A DNA stretch of 64,000 bases from the NCBI RefSeq assembly GCF_900541895.1, contig NZ_UWSI01000001.1, one strand, 5' to 3'. Numbering within the stretch: position 1 is the first letter of the stretch; the number at the start of each line of letters is the position of its first letter. Under the pieces are notes generated by a model that was not told the DNA's origin, ran no database searches, and saw only the letters and a program-made list of their open reading frames with translations. The translations under genes and the position numbers were made by a program. Shown here piece by piece: positions 52,069 through 61,577 of the stretch. This DNA is from an uncultured Actinomyces sp. Lineage in GTDB: Bacteria > Actinomycetota > Actinomycetes > Actinomycetales > Actinomycetaceae.

Positions 52069-53379
52069 ATGACACCACGACTTGAATCGGATCATCCCGA
52101 ACTCGACGCAAACACTTTGGACTATGTCCACTTCCTTGCAGACTCTCCCAGCCCCTACCACGCTGCACATCTCGTTGCGCAGCGCTTGGAAAACCTCGGT
52201 TTCAGTCGCCAAGACGAAACAGCAGCATGGGATGCGACTCCCGGCGGACACATGTTGGTTCGTGGAGGCGCCGTCATGGCATGGGTAGTTCCCGAAAATA
52301 TCAGCGACACCGCTGGTTTCAGGATCGTTGGGGCACACACGGATTCTCCTGCTTTCACCCTCAAGCCCTCACCTCAGACAACAACGGCTGATGGCTGGGG
52401 ACAAATCGAGGTCGAGGTCTACGGCGGAATGATCATGAATTCCTGGCTGGACCGCGAACTGAGCATTGCAGGCCGACTGATTTTGGCCTCGGGAGAAGAA
52501 ATCCTGGTTCGTACCGCTCCACTGGCCCGCATCCCTCAGCTAGCAATCCACCTCAACCGCGGGGTTAATGATTCTCTGCACCTCGATCCCCAAAAACACC
52601 TGCACCCGGTATGGACGGTCGACACTCCCGATGCATCGCTCATGGATACCATCGCACAGGCCGCAGGCTTGGATAACGCAGATGACGTGGTCTCTTTCGA
52701 TCTGATCTGCATCCCTTCGCAGGGACCTGTCACCTTCGGCGAGGATTCGCAATTCGTTGCTTCGGGACGCCAGGACAATCTCTCATCGGTTCACCCCGGA
52801 CTCTGCGCACTTGAAGACCTCGCTCGCCAGGGACTCCCCTCAGACGGTGACATCCTCGTTTTCTCATGCTTCGACCACGAAGAGGTCGGTTCAGAGTCTC
52901 GCACGGGTGCAGCTGGCCCAATTCTGGAAGACGTTCTGCGTCGCACCGCTTTCGCCTTGGGACGCGACGAAGATGGTTACGCACGAATGATCGCCTCCTC
53001 AACCTGCGTGAGTGCCGATGCTGCGCACTCGATTCACCCGAACTACCCCGAAGTTCATGACCCTTCACACCACCCGGTCATGGGCCGAGGCCCCATCCTC
53101 AAGATCAATGCCAAGCAACGCTACGCAACCAATGGGGTTGGAATGGCTCTATGGAAGCGTGCCTGTGATGCGGCAGGGGTTCCAACACAGAACTTCGTGT
53201 CGAATAATGCATCGCCATGTGGAACAACAATTGGACCGATCACCGCAACCCGACTGGGTATTGAAACAGTGGATGTGGGCGTTGGCCTGCTCTCTATGCA
53301 CTCGGCTCGCGAAATGAGCCATGTTGCAGACCTTCTGGGACTGCGTAAGGTTCTGGCGGCCTACTGGCTAGGTGCCTGA
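52069..53379 (+). CDS. M18-family aminopeptidase (aspartyl aminopeptidase-like)
   Basis: …FRIVGAHTDSPAFTLKP… and downstream His/Asp/Glu metal ligands, with the length and layout of M18 peptidases. Confidence 0.85.
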   Translation: MTPRLESDHPELDANTLDYVHFLADSPSPYHAAHLVAQRLENLGFSRQDETAAWDATPGGHMLVRGGAVMAWVVPENISDTAGFRIVGAHTDSPAFTLKPSPQTTTADGWGQIEVEVYGGMIMNSWLDRELSIAGRLILASGEEILVRTAPLARIPQLAIHLNRGVNDSLHLDPQKHLHPVWTVDTPDASLMDTIAQAAGLDNADDVVSFDLICIPSQGPVTFGEDSQFVASGRQDNLSSVHPGLCALEDLARQGLPSDGDILVFSCFDHEEVGSESRTGAAGPILEDVLRRTAFALGRDEDGYARMIASSTCVSADAAHSIHPNYPEVHDPSHHPVMGRGPILKINAKQRYATNGVGMALWKRACDAAGVPTQNFVSNNASPCGTTIGPITATRLGIETVDVGVGLLSMHSAREMSHVADLLGLRKVLAAYWLGA

Positions 53380-53422
53380 GCGGATACGCTCTGAACAGAC
53401 AAGGCCGCACGTATTTACGGCC

Positions 53423-53463
53423 GTCGGGGGCCGGGGAGTTCACAAACTCCCCGGCCCCCCGAC
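53423..53463. terminator. bidirectional terminator (perfect 18-bp stem)
   Basis: GTCGGGGGCCGGGGAGTT-cacaa-AACTCCCCGGCCCCCCGAC between convergent genes. Confidence 0.65.
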
Positions 53464-53497
53464 TTCCACCTAAGGCTTGTTACAGGACATGTGGCGA

Positions 53498-54013
53498 TTA
53501 GCGCTGAAAATCAGCCGCCTGCTCACCGCTGAATGCCCGTGCAATAGTCCGAGTGAATCGATCATTCATCTGCGGGATCTGATCCCCCGGAACGAACATC
53601 GCTTGAGTGTTCTCACCATCTGCCGGGAAAGGATCCCCACTGAGCCATTCACACGCAAAAGCAACGTCAAGGTAAGTCGTCTGATCACCATTTTCGTAGG
53701 TAACCGGGCCAACAACCTCAACACTGAGCAAGCGCATGGCTCGCGCCTGACATGCAGTCTCTTCGAGGATCTCTCGACATGCGGCCTGAGCCGGCTCTTC
53801 ACCCGGATCGATAATTCCCGTTACCGGTGTCCACGCATGATTATCGGAGCGCTGAACAACCAGCACCTCAACAGAAGCCGGGTCGATGGGAGAGCGCCAA
53901 TTAAGCGCAGCCCCACCACGGCCTCGTAAGACGACAGCGGTGCAGCCCGAAAGCCACAGCATAGAGTGCCCCACGTGTCGACGTAATTCCAGAACAAAAT
54001 CCGGTGTTGCCAT
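53498..54013 (-). CDS. NUDIX hydrolase
   Basis: The Nudix box GIIDPGEEPAQAACREILEETA matches Gx5Ex7REUxEExGU. Confidence 0.8.
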   Translation of the reverse strand: MATPDFVLELRRHVGHSMLWLSGCTAVVLRGRGGAALNWRSPIDPASVEVLVVQRSDNHAWTPVTGIIDPGEEPAQAACREILEETACQARAMRLLSVEVVGPVTYENGDQTTYLDVAFACEWLSGDPFPADGENTQAMFVPGDQIPQMNDRFTRTIARAFSGEQAADFQR

Positions 54014-54028
54014 ACGTTACTCCTGTGC

Positions 54029-55597
54029 TCACAGTGTCCAAATAAATGGCACCAAGAAAATCTTGACGATGATCGCAAAGGCGAACAATGTCGCGTACGC
54101 GGCCTCGATACGTTCATCAGCAACACGCGCATCTGCCGCTTGCAAGACCGCTGGCTGTCCCAAGAAGCCGGCAACAGCACCCGCGGTTCGCGGTGCAGAC
54201 AATCCCAGATATCGGCCGGCGATTGCCTGAGCACCGCAGCACACCACAACGATAATCGTCGCTAGTATCGCAGCCTTCCAGCCCTCTGGACGCAGCAGAA
54301 GATCAACAAGTGCCGGTCCCGCGTTTAAGCCCAAAGCCGCTAGGAAGAGCATCAGCCCTACGGAGCGAATGGTGATATTCGCTGAGGCGGGAAGCGTCCA
54401 TACCAGAGGCCCGGTTCGACGAAGCGCCCCCAGCAGCATTCCGACAATCAAGGGTCCAGCCGCAGATCCCAGTTGGAAGGTTGCCCCACCAAACATCGGG
54501 AAGGGGATCGCGCCCAAGGCCATGCCCAAAACCATACCGATACCAAAAGCCATTCCATCAACTTCGCTGACCCGACGCTCCGAGTCGCCCAAGAAGCTCT
54601 GAACGTTATCAAGCTCTTCCTGCGGAACAACGACTGCCGCATGATCACCCAGATTGAGCTTGAGATCATCACGTGCCAGCAGGTCAAGATCACCACGACG
54701 CACTCGGGTAATGGTCGCACCGAAACGAGTTGCCAGATTGAGCTCAACGATCGCTCGTCCCGCAACATCGGGACTCGACACAACGATTCGCTCAAAGGCA
54801 ACATCGGAGCGGTCATCAGCCAAGTGGTCGGAAACCTGCGTTCCCAACTGCTCGACGACCTCGGCAATGGCGGAAGTCCCACCGACAAGAACAACAAGGT
54901 CGCCAGCGCGAAGTTCTTCACCGGGAATCAAGACGCGGGTGCGGCCTTCACGCTGAAGGTAGGACATACGTACGCGTCCCTCGCGCCAAGCGAGAATCTT
55001 TCGCGTGAAGACCGGGCGGTCCACCCGAACAGTAACGGCGTCGAGGCCAGCGCCCGCAAGCGATGGCGTGTCCTTCTCCCCCAGCCACTTTCGCGTCACC
55101 GTCATGGTGACGACAATGATTCCGACAATCACACCGATGGGGTAGCCAAAGGCATAGCCAACTGCTGCCTGAGGGTCACCGCTGACTCGCGTCGCTGCAT
55201 CCAACGCAGGTGCGGCGGTCAGCGCACCAGTGTAAAGCCCGGTGACGAGGCCTTTGCCCAGTCCCAAGAAGTGGCCTCCGATCGTGGCCACGACTGCGCC
55301 GACAACACAGATGATCGTGGCCGACCCTAAAAGTGATGTCTGTTTACGAAGATCGGAGAAGAAGGTAGAACCAGCGGCAATACCAACGGTGTAAACGAAG
55401 AATGCCAGGCCGATCTGTTGGATGATCGCAGTTCCCTGACCGGCTTGCGGCGAATAAGCCGAGACAAGCAAGCCCACAAACAGTGCACCGGCTGCACCGA
55501 AACGCAGCGGCCCAAAGCGGATCGCGCCGAGAACAGCGCCCAGTCCGACAACCAGGAAAATCGTCAAAAGATGGTTCTGTGCGAGGAATTGGGCCAT
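54029..55597 (-). CDS. AAE-family (YidE/YbjL-like) transporter with two central TrkA-C (RCK_C) domains
   Basis: Two membrane halves flank two RCK_C domains (…GEELRAGDLVVLVG… and …GDLDLLARDDLKLNLGDHAAVVVPQEEL…). Start placed at MAQFLAQNHL. Confidence 0.75.
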   Translation of the reverse strand: MAQFLAQNHLLTIFLVVGLGAVLGAIRFGPLRFGAAGALFVGLLVSAYSPQAGQGTAIIQQIGLAFFVYTVGIAAGSTFFSDLRKQTSLLGSATIICVVGAVVATIGGHFLGLGKGLVTGLYTGALTAAPALDAATRVSGDPQAAVGYAFGYPIGVIVGIIVVTMTVTRKWLGEKDTPSLAGAGLDAVTVRVDRPVFTRKILAWREGRVRMSYLQREGRTRVLIPGEELRAGDLVVLVGGTSAIAEVVEQLGTQVSDHLADDRSDVAFERIVVSSPDVAGRAIVELNLATRFGATITRVRRGDLDLLARDDLKLNLGDHAAVVVPQEELDNVQSFLGDSERRVSEVDGMAFGIGMVLGMALGAIPFPMFGGATFQLGSAAGPLIVGMLLGALRRTGPLVWTLPASANITIRSVGLMLFLAALGLNAGPALVDLLLRPEGWKAAILATIIVVVCCGAQAIAGRYLGLSAPRTAGAVAGFLGQPAVLQAADARVADERIEAAYATLFAFAIIVKIFLVPFIWTL

Positions 55598-55756
55598 AGC
55601 TCTAAGGGTAGTGGTCAAATGCGTAAAAGAGAGGCGCACAATGGGCGTGGACTGTGAATACACCCACGTATCCAATCACACTGCATCCAGAGTCCTTACA
55701 GACAGCGTCCAGCATGTTACCGTTCAATAAAAGGACGTATACGGAAGGATCCCTCC

Positions 55757-56392
55757 ATGACAAATCCCCAAGCGGGTTGGTACAGCGATCCCTCAAATCC
55801 CTCACAATTGCGGTGGTGGGATGGGACGCAGTGGACGAATAACACCCAGGTAGCTCAGGGCGCCACACAGGCATCAGCGCCCCAGCGTCCGATAACGACA
55901 ACTTCGTCCTCGTACAGCGCTGTTCCCCAAAGTCCTCTTGCAGCAAATAGTGGCTCTGCTCAGGCGCACTACCAGGCACAACAGGGTGGCTATCCCCCCG
56001 TTCAGGGAGGAACTCCAGGCACATATCCAAGCCAGCAATCCACACAGAATGCACCTGCTGCCACGCCAGGATTCCCTCCGCGTCCCGCAAGTTACACGGG
56101 CGCTCCGACGACGGGATCAGCCTTCCCCGCTTCTCCAATGGCTCCCGCAATGCCGAAGAAGCCTAAAGCTCCGAAGAAACCCCGCAATAAGCAGAAGACC
56201 TGGGCCGTCGTCTTTACTGTCCTGAGCGTTCTTTTCATAGTGCTTGGCTTCCTTTTCCTTGGCGCAGCGTCACGTAATAATGCGCGTGCCAACACGGTCA
56301 ATGTAGAACTTCAGCCAGCACGTCAGTCCATCAGCGAATTGCAAAAGCAAGTCGATACGTTGAATAAGCAGCTCGGGGAGGCAGGCAAGTGA
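55757..56392 (+). CDS. DUF2510-domain protein (Pro/Gln-rich, C-terminal TM)
   Basis: The N-terminal GWYSDPSNPSQLRWWDGTQWT is the DUF2510 signature. Confidence 0.6.
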   Translation: MTNPQAGWYSDPSNPSQLRWWDGTQWTNNTQVAQGATQASAPQRPITTTSSSYSAVPQSPLAANSGSAQAHYQAQQGGYPPVQGGTPGTYPSQQSTQNAPAATPGFPPRPASYTGAPTTGSAFPASPMAPAMPKKPKAPKKPRNKQKTWAVVFTVLSVLFIVLGFLFLGAASRNNARANTVNVELQPARQSISELQKQVDTLNKQLGEAGK

Positions 56393-57183
56393 GCACGAAC
56401 GGACCCCAAATTCCGAATCAGGGACAGGTAGCAGACGCCACCCAAGCCCAAGCCGCGACAGAGGAAAGCCACGCTGAAACAGGACAGCAGAAGGCAGCTG
56501 CACCCAAGACCGGTTCGTCGAAGCGTTTATTCCTGATTACCGCAATCATCTGTGCCGCGTCATTGATCTTTGCATTAGTGACTTTCACGCAGAATATGGT
56601 CGCTTTGAACAGGTACCACTCGTTGGAGAATGAATCTGCGCAGTTGGAACAGCAGGCGCAGACCCTCCAGGAACAGGTCGACGAGGCACAGACGAAGCTC
56701 GCGCAGAAGCAGGTTAAGCCCTGGTGCGATTCCGTGAACGCTGACTCAACAGGCACTCGAGAGAAGATCGACCAGCTCCTCAAGCAGCTGAAGATGATCG
56801 ACCCCGATGAAAAGAGCGTTCGAAACGTCTGCGGCGAAAAGTACAAAGCACTGACCGCTTCTCTGGATTACTCACGCGTGAGCGCACGCACCGAAAACGG
56901 GACGATCAAGTGCGAAACGGATGGCAACCACGTTCGTCTCAGCGGAAAGATCGATCAATTCAAGGGCCCAGAATTTGCTCAAAAGACAAAGACGAAGGCC
57001 GATCTCACTTTAACGATCACCTACACCCTTGAGGGTACAACCGATACTGCAACGAGCATTGTCAAGGTCCCTGATGTCACTCCGGGCGGTTCGAAAGACT
57101 GGAACAGCGAGGCAGACCTTCCCGGTCGAGCACTCACCTGCCGAGTCACAAACCTGCAGTGGTGGCCAAGCGATCTGAAGTAG
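56389..57183 (+). CDS. hypothetical membrane-anchored coiled-coil protein
   Basis: Overlaps the upstream stop by 4 nt. One TM (LFLITAIICAASLIFALVTF), then a Gln/Glu-rich coiled coil and a C-terminal globular region with 3 Cys. Confidence 0.4.
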   Translation: MSTNGPQIPNQGQVADATQAQAATEESHAETGQQKAAAPKTGSSKRLFLITAIICAASLIFALVTFTQNMVALNRYHSLENESAQLEQQAQTLQEQVDEAQTKLAQKQVKPWCDSVNADSTGTREKIDQLLKQLKMIDPDEKSVRNVCGEKYKALTASLDYSRVSARTENGTIKCETDGNHVRLSGKIDQFKGPEFAQKTKTKADLTLTITYTLEGTTDTATSIVKVPDVTPGGSKDWNSEADLPGRALTCRVTNLQWWPSDLK

Positions 57184-57209
57184 AACGCTTGATGCTTCGG
57201 CAGTTATAG

Positions 57210-57245
57210 CTTGAGGGGGTACGAACCGTAGCGTACCCCCTCAAG
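57210..57245. terminator. bidirectional terminator
   Basis: CTTGAGGGGGTACG-aaccgtag-CGTACCCCCTCAAG between convergent genes. Confidence 0.65.
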
Positions 57246-57277
57246 TTGTATTACCTCAGCTTTTTTGAGCTGCTTCC

Positions 57278-58075
57278 TCAGCTATTTGCAAGCGCTTGGC
57301 GAACCAAGGGAATCAGCTTTTCACGCGAAGGGTCCACGGCCTCGGCAAGGAACTGCTCACGGTCAGTACCCTCAAGTCCCTGAGCGACTGGCTGCACACT
57401 GTCCTTGGGGATTGAGAATCCAAAGACGATCACGTCGATGATCTTTCGGATCGGCATTTGATTGGCTTCGGCAGAGTCATTGACGCTACCTAGAGCCTCG
57501 AGGTAGAAGATCGAGAGGATCTCTCCCATGATGTTGGTTGGCAATAGTGCGCGGCGTCCCATACGATCCAAAGCGGATTCGAGCATCTGGGTCACGAAAT
57601 CAGCAAGCTCATTGCGCTGATTTCCAGGAATTCCATCAGCATCAGGGTGACGCATTTGATATAGACGGTATTCCATCAGGAGGATATACACCGTGCGCCC
57701 CTGTGCGGAAAGACTGTCGAGGGTATCAACAATGCGTTCTAGAGTGAGCGGCCCTTCGATTGAATCAAAGGCCTGCGTCATTTCTGTTAATAGCCGCGTT
57801 GAGTATGCAATAAATGCATCTTCCAACAGCTCATCCATATTCGAATAATTCGAATAGAAGGCACCACGGGTGAATCCGGCGCGGGCCACGACCTCGTCAA
57901 TCTTGGTCCCTGCGAAACCTCGCTCCACCAGAATTTCAATGGCGGCGTCAACTAGGCGTGAACGCGTATTCGCTCGCGCTCTGCTTTCGCCTTCTGCACG
58001 CTTCTTAACCACAGCCACCTCCGCGGTATATCTAACTACGTCCAAAAGTCTAACGAGCTTTTCCTGCTGACACAC
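57278..58075 (-). CDS. TetR-family transcriptional regulator
   Basis: HTH …RSRLVDAAIEILVERGFAGTKIDEVVARAGFTRGAFYSNYSNMDELL. It is divergent from the aldo/keto reductase gene and likely its regulator. Confidence 0.8.
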   Translation of the reverse strand: MCQQEKLVRLLDVVRYTAEVAVVKKRAEGESRARANTRSRLVDAAIEILVERGFAGTKIDEVVARAGFTRGAFYSNYSNMDELLEDAFIAYSTRLLTEMTQAFDSIEGPLTLERIVDTLDSLSAQGRTVYILLMEYRLYQMRHPDADGIPGNQRNELADFVTQMLESALDRMGRRALLPTNIMGEILSIFYLEALGSVNDSAEANQMPIRKIIDVIVFGFSIPKDSVQPVAQGLEGTDREQFLAEAVDPSREKLIPLVRQALANS

Positions 58076-58210
58076 GCGGAAAATAAAGGATTTTCACGCT
58101 TTAAGGCCCAAATTTGAAGCTACGAAAGTCCCAGCGCCGCCACGGGGACATATCATGTGTTTCAGGGCATAGTTTTTTGGCATTTTATTCATTTTTGTAT
58201 CGGAGTTTTT

Positions 58211-59056
58211 ATGGGTCACTCAATTGCGCTCCTCCCTCTAAATTCGGGCGCTTCTATTCCTCAATTTGGCTTTGGGACCTACAAACTGACCGGCCAAGAT
58301 GCCTATGACGGTGTTCGTAATGCACTCGAGTTGGGGTACCGCCATATCGATACGGCACAGATGTATGGGAACGAGGCCGAGGTGGGCCGCGCCCTAGCCG
58401 ATGCTCCTATCGCACGCAAAGAGATCTTCGTCACTTCTAAGCTCAATAACCCCAATCACGAGCCTGATGTTGCCCGCGAGAGCCTACAGCGCTCACTGGA
58501 GGACTTGCAGCTGGACTATCTGGATCTGTTCTTGATCCACTGGCCGCTTCCGATGTTTTACGGAGGTGACATCATGCCCACCTGGCGCGCAATGGAAAGC
58601 TTTGTCGATGAAGGCCTGGTGCACTCTATCGGGGTCTCTAATTTCGAGGCCCATCACCTTGCCCCAATCCTTGAGCAGGGACGCATTGCGCCTGCCGTTA
58701 ACCAAATCGAGTCTCATCCCTACTTCGCAAACCGCGAGCTTCACCGTTTTAACGCCGAGCACGGAATTATTACCGAGGCCTGGGCTCCCTTGGCCCGAGG
58801 CACTGTCCTAGGAGAACCAAGCATTGCTGAGATTGCGCGCGAGGTCGGTGCACGTGAATCTCAGGTGGTTTTGCGATGGGCACTTCAGCGAGGAGACGTT
58901 GTCTTCCCCAAGGCTTCGTCGCATGAGCGCCGGGCAGAAAACCTTGATATTTCCGGCTTCGAGTTGAGTGCGGAGCAAATGGCTCGAATCGATGCATTGG
59001 ACCGCGGAGAAGCGGGGCGCACCGGTAAGCACCCCGATGTTATGGACCGGATGTAA
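58211..59056 (+). CDS. aldo/keto reductase (AKR, 2,5-diketo-D-gluconate-reductase-like)
   Basis: GFGTYK…D…AL..GYRHIDTAQMYGNE…K…HWP… tetrad (D, Y, K, H) and C-terminal IPKAS…R motifs. Confidence 0.9.
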   Translation: MGHSIALLPLNSGASIPQFGFGTYKLTGQDAYDGVRNALELGYRHIDTAQMYGNEAEVGRALADAPIARKEIFVTSKLNNPNHEPDVARESLQRSLEDLQLDYLDLFLIHWPLPMFYGGDIMPTWRAMESFVDEGLVHSIGVSNFEAHHLAPILEQGRIAPAVNQIESHPYFANRELHRFNAEHGIITEAWAPLARGTVLGEPSIAEIAREVGARESQVVLRWALQRGDVVFPKASSHERRAENLDISGFELSAEQMARIDALDRGEAGRTGKHPDVMDRM

Positions 59057-59142
59057 AACTTTCGCTTCAGGCGCAACTTATATCGTTTTTCGATGTGAGA
59101 CAGGGCCGTATTTTGTGGGTACCGCTGGGCTATCGTGAAGCT

Positions 59143-59556
59143 ATGACACATGCATCTTCGACGGATCTTGATCGCGTCCTCGCTTCTCTTGATCCCACAC
59201 CCAGCGGAACTTACGTATTTTCCTTGGTTGACGAAATCCCCCAGAATGTCGACATTTTTGCACTGATCCGCGACGAAGATTCCTACACTGTGGTTGTCGA
59301 GGAAGACACCGCTCGTGAAGCAGGAATCAACCCCGATGAGCTGTACACGCGAATCGACCTGGGTTCATCGACCGAACTGGCTGCAATCGGAATCACAGCA
59401 TCGATCGCTCAGATCCTTGCTGCGCGTTCAATTACTGCGAATTTCATTGCCAGTCGCCGCCACGATCACCTCTTTGTCCAGCCTGATCGCGCTCAGGAGG
59501 CAACGGCTCTTCTCGAAGATCTGGGAAGGCGAGCAAAGGGCTGGCTACCCGCCTGA
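59143..59556 (+). CDS. hypothetical ACT-like small-molecule-binding domain protein
   Basis: 138 aa of the regulatory ACT-like type (…YVFSLVDE…FALIRDEDSYTVVVEE…). Weak. Confidence 0.4.
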   Translation: MTHASSTDLDRVLASLDPTPSGTYVFSLVDEIPQNVDIFALIRDEDSYTVVVEEDTAREAGINPDELYTRIDLGSSTELAAIGITASIAQILAARSITANFIASRRHDHLFVQPDRAQEATALLEDLGRRAKGWLPA

Positions 59557-59606
59557 AATTTTCCTGTTCATCAGACGCGGAAGGGCATTCGGAATAAAGT
59601 AGAAGC

Positions 59607-60923
59607 ATGGCTGTACTACCCACGGGAAGCGATGAGGCAATCCTCCGTCTAGCCGACGGCACGGTGAAACAGCGAAATCTTCTGACCGGAACTGAAGTGT
59701 GGACGGTTCCCGGTCGAGCTCATCGTCCCCTGACTCGTCCCGGTTCCACGCCGCCCCTGATTGATCACGATGCCGACGGGCATCATTGTGCATTCTGCTC
59801 GGCGCGCTATCTTGAGACTCCACCGGAGAAGGCCCGTGTGATCCGCACACACGCAGGGGAATGGGAAACTCTCCACGGCCTCGGCGCAGAGAAACTTGGG
59901 GATACGGTTGCGGAGTTTCGGCGAATTCCCAATCTTTTTGAGATCGTTTCGTACAACTATTGGCACCTCAACCACGGTCATGTTCCTTCCGAGGCCGAGA
60001 GGCGTAGGATGGCGGAATACCTGGCCTCGCCACAGGGGTACGACCACGTGATGCGCGTGGTGCGCGCACGCTTCATGGCCTCGGGCGGGAGCGAAGAAAA
60101 GTTCGCCGCCCTTTCGGATTCTGAAAAACTCAGCCAAGCGAATGGGTTCTTTTCCGGCGGGCATGATCTGATTATCGGGCGACGTCACTACGTTGATGGA
60201 GCGAAGGATACATCCCAGTTAGCTTCGGCTGGGACGCTTACGCCCGAGGAACACTTCCAGTACATGTCGATGACCGTGCGGGCGATGCGGGATCTGTACG
60301 ACTTGGATCCGGCAGTGAAGTACGTGGTGGCTTTCCAGAACTGGCTCAAGCCTGCGGGTGCGTCTTTTGATCACCTGCATAAGCAGCTTGTGGCAATTGA
60401 TGAGTTCTCGACGCAGACGCATGATGAGATTGAGCGCGTGCGCACCTATCCGGGGATTTATGACGAACTCTTGAAGATTGCTGTGACCCGTGGGCTGATT
60501 TTGGCACAAAACGATCACGCCGTGGCAATGGCTGGGTTTGGGCATCGCTATCCTTCCTTGGCGATTTGGCCGCTTCACGCGCCGGCTGAGCCTTGGGAGT
60601 ACTCCCCCGAGCAATTGCGAGGCATCAGTGACCTTGTGCACGCCATGCACGCGGCGACGGGTGCAGAGGTTCCGTGTAACGAAGAGTGGTACTACCGGCC
60701 TCCGAGTTCATCGATTCCTATGCGCATGAGGATTTTGATCAAGTGGAGGATTTCAACGATCGCCGGTTTTGAGGGCGGGACAAGGATCTACCTCAATACG
60801 ATTGATCCCTGGACTGTGCACCAGCGGATGCTGGAACGCTTGGTTGTTATGCGGGATGAATGTTCAATCGCGCAGATGAAGCTGGGTGAAGAATGCAAGG
60901 TCACACCGCTGTTGCTGAGGTAA
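59607..60923 (+). CDS. GalT-like nucleotidyltransferase of the HIT superfamily (HxHxQ motif, CxxC site)
   Basis: 438 aa, two-half architecture. The N-terminal half has HHCAFC (a Zn-site-like CxxC). The C-terminal half has FDHLHKQL (H-x-H-x-Q), as in galactose-1-phosphate uridylyltransferase-like enzymes. Family membership is an inference. Confidence 0.45.
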   Translation: MAVLPTGSDEAILRLADGTVKQRNLLTGTEVWTVPGRAHRPLTRPGSTPPLIDHDADGHHCAFCSARYLETPPEKARVIRTHAGEWETLHGLGAEKLGDTVAEFRRIPNLFEIVSYNYWHLNHGHVPSEAERRRMAEYLASPQGYDHVMRVVRARFMASGGSEEKFAALSDSEKLSQANGFFSGGHDLIIGRRHYVDGAKDTSQLASAGTLTPEEHFQYMSMTVRAMRDLYDLDPAVKYVVAFQNWLKPAGASFDHLHKQLVAIDEFSTQTHDEIERVRTYPGIYDELLKIAVTRGLILAQNDHAVAMAGFGHRYPSLAIWPLHAPAEPWEYSPEQLRGISDLVHAMHAATGAEVPCNEEWYYRPPSSSIPMRMRILIKWRISTIAGFEGGTRIYLNTIDPWTVHQRMLERLVVMRDECSIAQMKLGEECKVTPLLLR

Positions 60924-60994
60924 GGGTTTTAGGCGGTTTGCCGTCGTTCGTTTACTGTTTGCGCGCGGGCAAGATGATCGAGTTCCCGGCTTTT

Positions 60995-61183
60995 CGGGCA
61001 TGACAAAGGCGAGAGACCCGAGGCCTGCCCGAAAAAACGGTGGGCTGGCTGGCTTCCCTCGCCTTATGCAAATGTCGGGCCTTCAGCCCCCGCGTTGAAT
61101 CGTGCTGTTATTTCAAGCCTGGCGGAGGGTACCAACCCGACAGGTCGAGCTTAACAGGGATTTATCAGGAAAGCTAGACTTGG
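60995..61183. repeat. ~185-bp repeat element, copy 1 (island 2 boundary)
   Basis: CGGGCATGACAAAGGCGAGAGACCCGAGGCCTGCCCG…GGTGGGCTGGCTGGCTTCCCTCGCCTTATGCAAATGTCGGGCCTTCAGCC…GGTACCAACCCGACAGGTCGAGC…TTATCAGGAAAGCTAG. Copy 2 is 62083..62260 (about 88-90% identity). It contains several internally complementary segments. Confidence 0.75.
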
Positions 61184-61262
61184 CTTGCGCTGTACGCACT
61201 TCAAGAAACCGCGTGGAAATTGTTTGGGTAGCAAGCAGCAGTGAGGCAACATTGATTTGTAG

Positions 61263-61282
61263 CCCCGCGCGTGCGGGGAAAA
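61263..61282. repeat. solitary type I-E-like CRISPR repeat palindrome (copy a)
   Basis: CCCCGCGCGTGCGGGGAAAA has the same stem-loop geometry as I-E repeats (CCCCGC-N4-GCGGGG). A second copy, CCCCGTGCGTGCGGGGAAAA, is at 61935..61954. The 672-bp spacing means this is not an array. Confidence 0.4.
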
Positions 61283-61295
61283 TGAAGAGGGAGAA

Positions 61296-61577
61296 TTAGG
61301 CGTGCTGCCTGTCGTACAGGCAGTCCTCCCAGTACTCCCGGATCAATTCTTCGTTGTACCCCCTTACAAGGCCGTCGATTAGATTTTCCGGAATGTCTGC
61401 TCCGTAAATAGTGAGGTCTCCGATAATTTTCATCGTGAGCGATTCGTCCTCGGCTATTTCAAGAAGAAACTTACTCTCCTCATCTTCGAGAACGGGAATA
61501 GGAAGGATGCTGTCTGCATATTTGATAAGGTCTTCGACCGTATACATTGCTTCAGTCATGATCACTCCCTCACTCAA
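61296..61577 (-). CDS. hypothetical very acidic 93-aa protein (AT-rich gene)
   Basis: MSEGVIMTEAMYTVEDLIKYADSILPIPVLEDEESKFLLEIAEDESLTMKIIGDLTIYGADIPENLIDGLVRGYNEELIREYWEDCLYDRQHA has 23 D/E against about 6 K/R. GC is far below the genome average. It lies between the two I-E-like palindromes. Coding status is unproven. Confidence 0.4.
   Translation of the reverse strand: MSEGVIMTEAMYTVEDLIKYADSILPIPVLEDEESKFLLEIAEDESLTMKIIGDLTIYGADIPENLIDGLVRGYNEELIREYWEDCLYDRQHA

Noticed and set aside
54473-55330. 285-aa plus-strand ORF
   Set aside because: Antisense to the AAE transporter gene.
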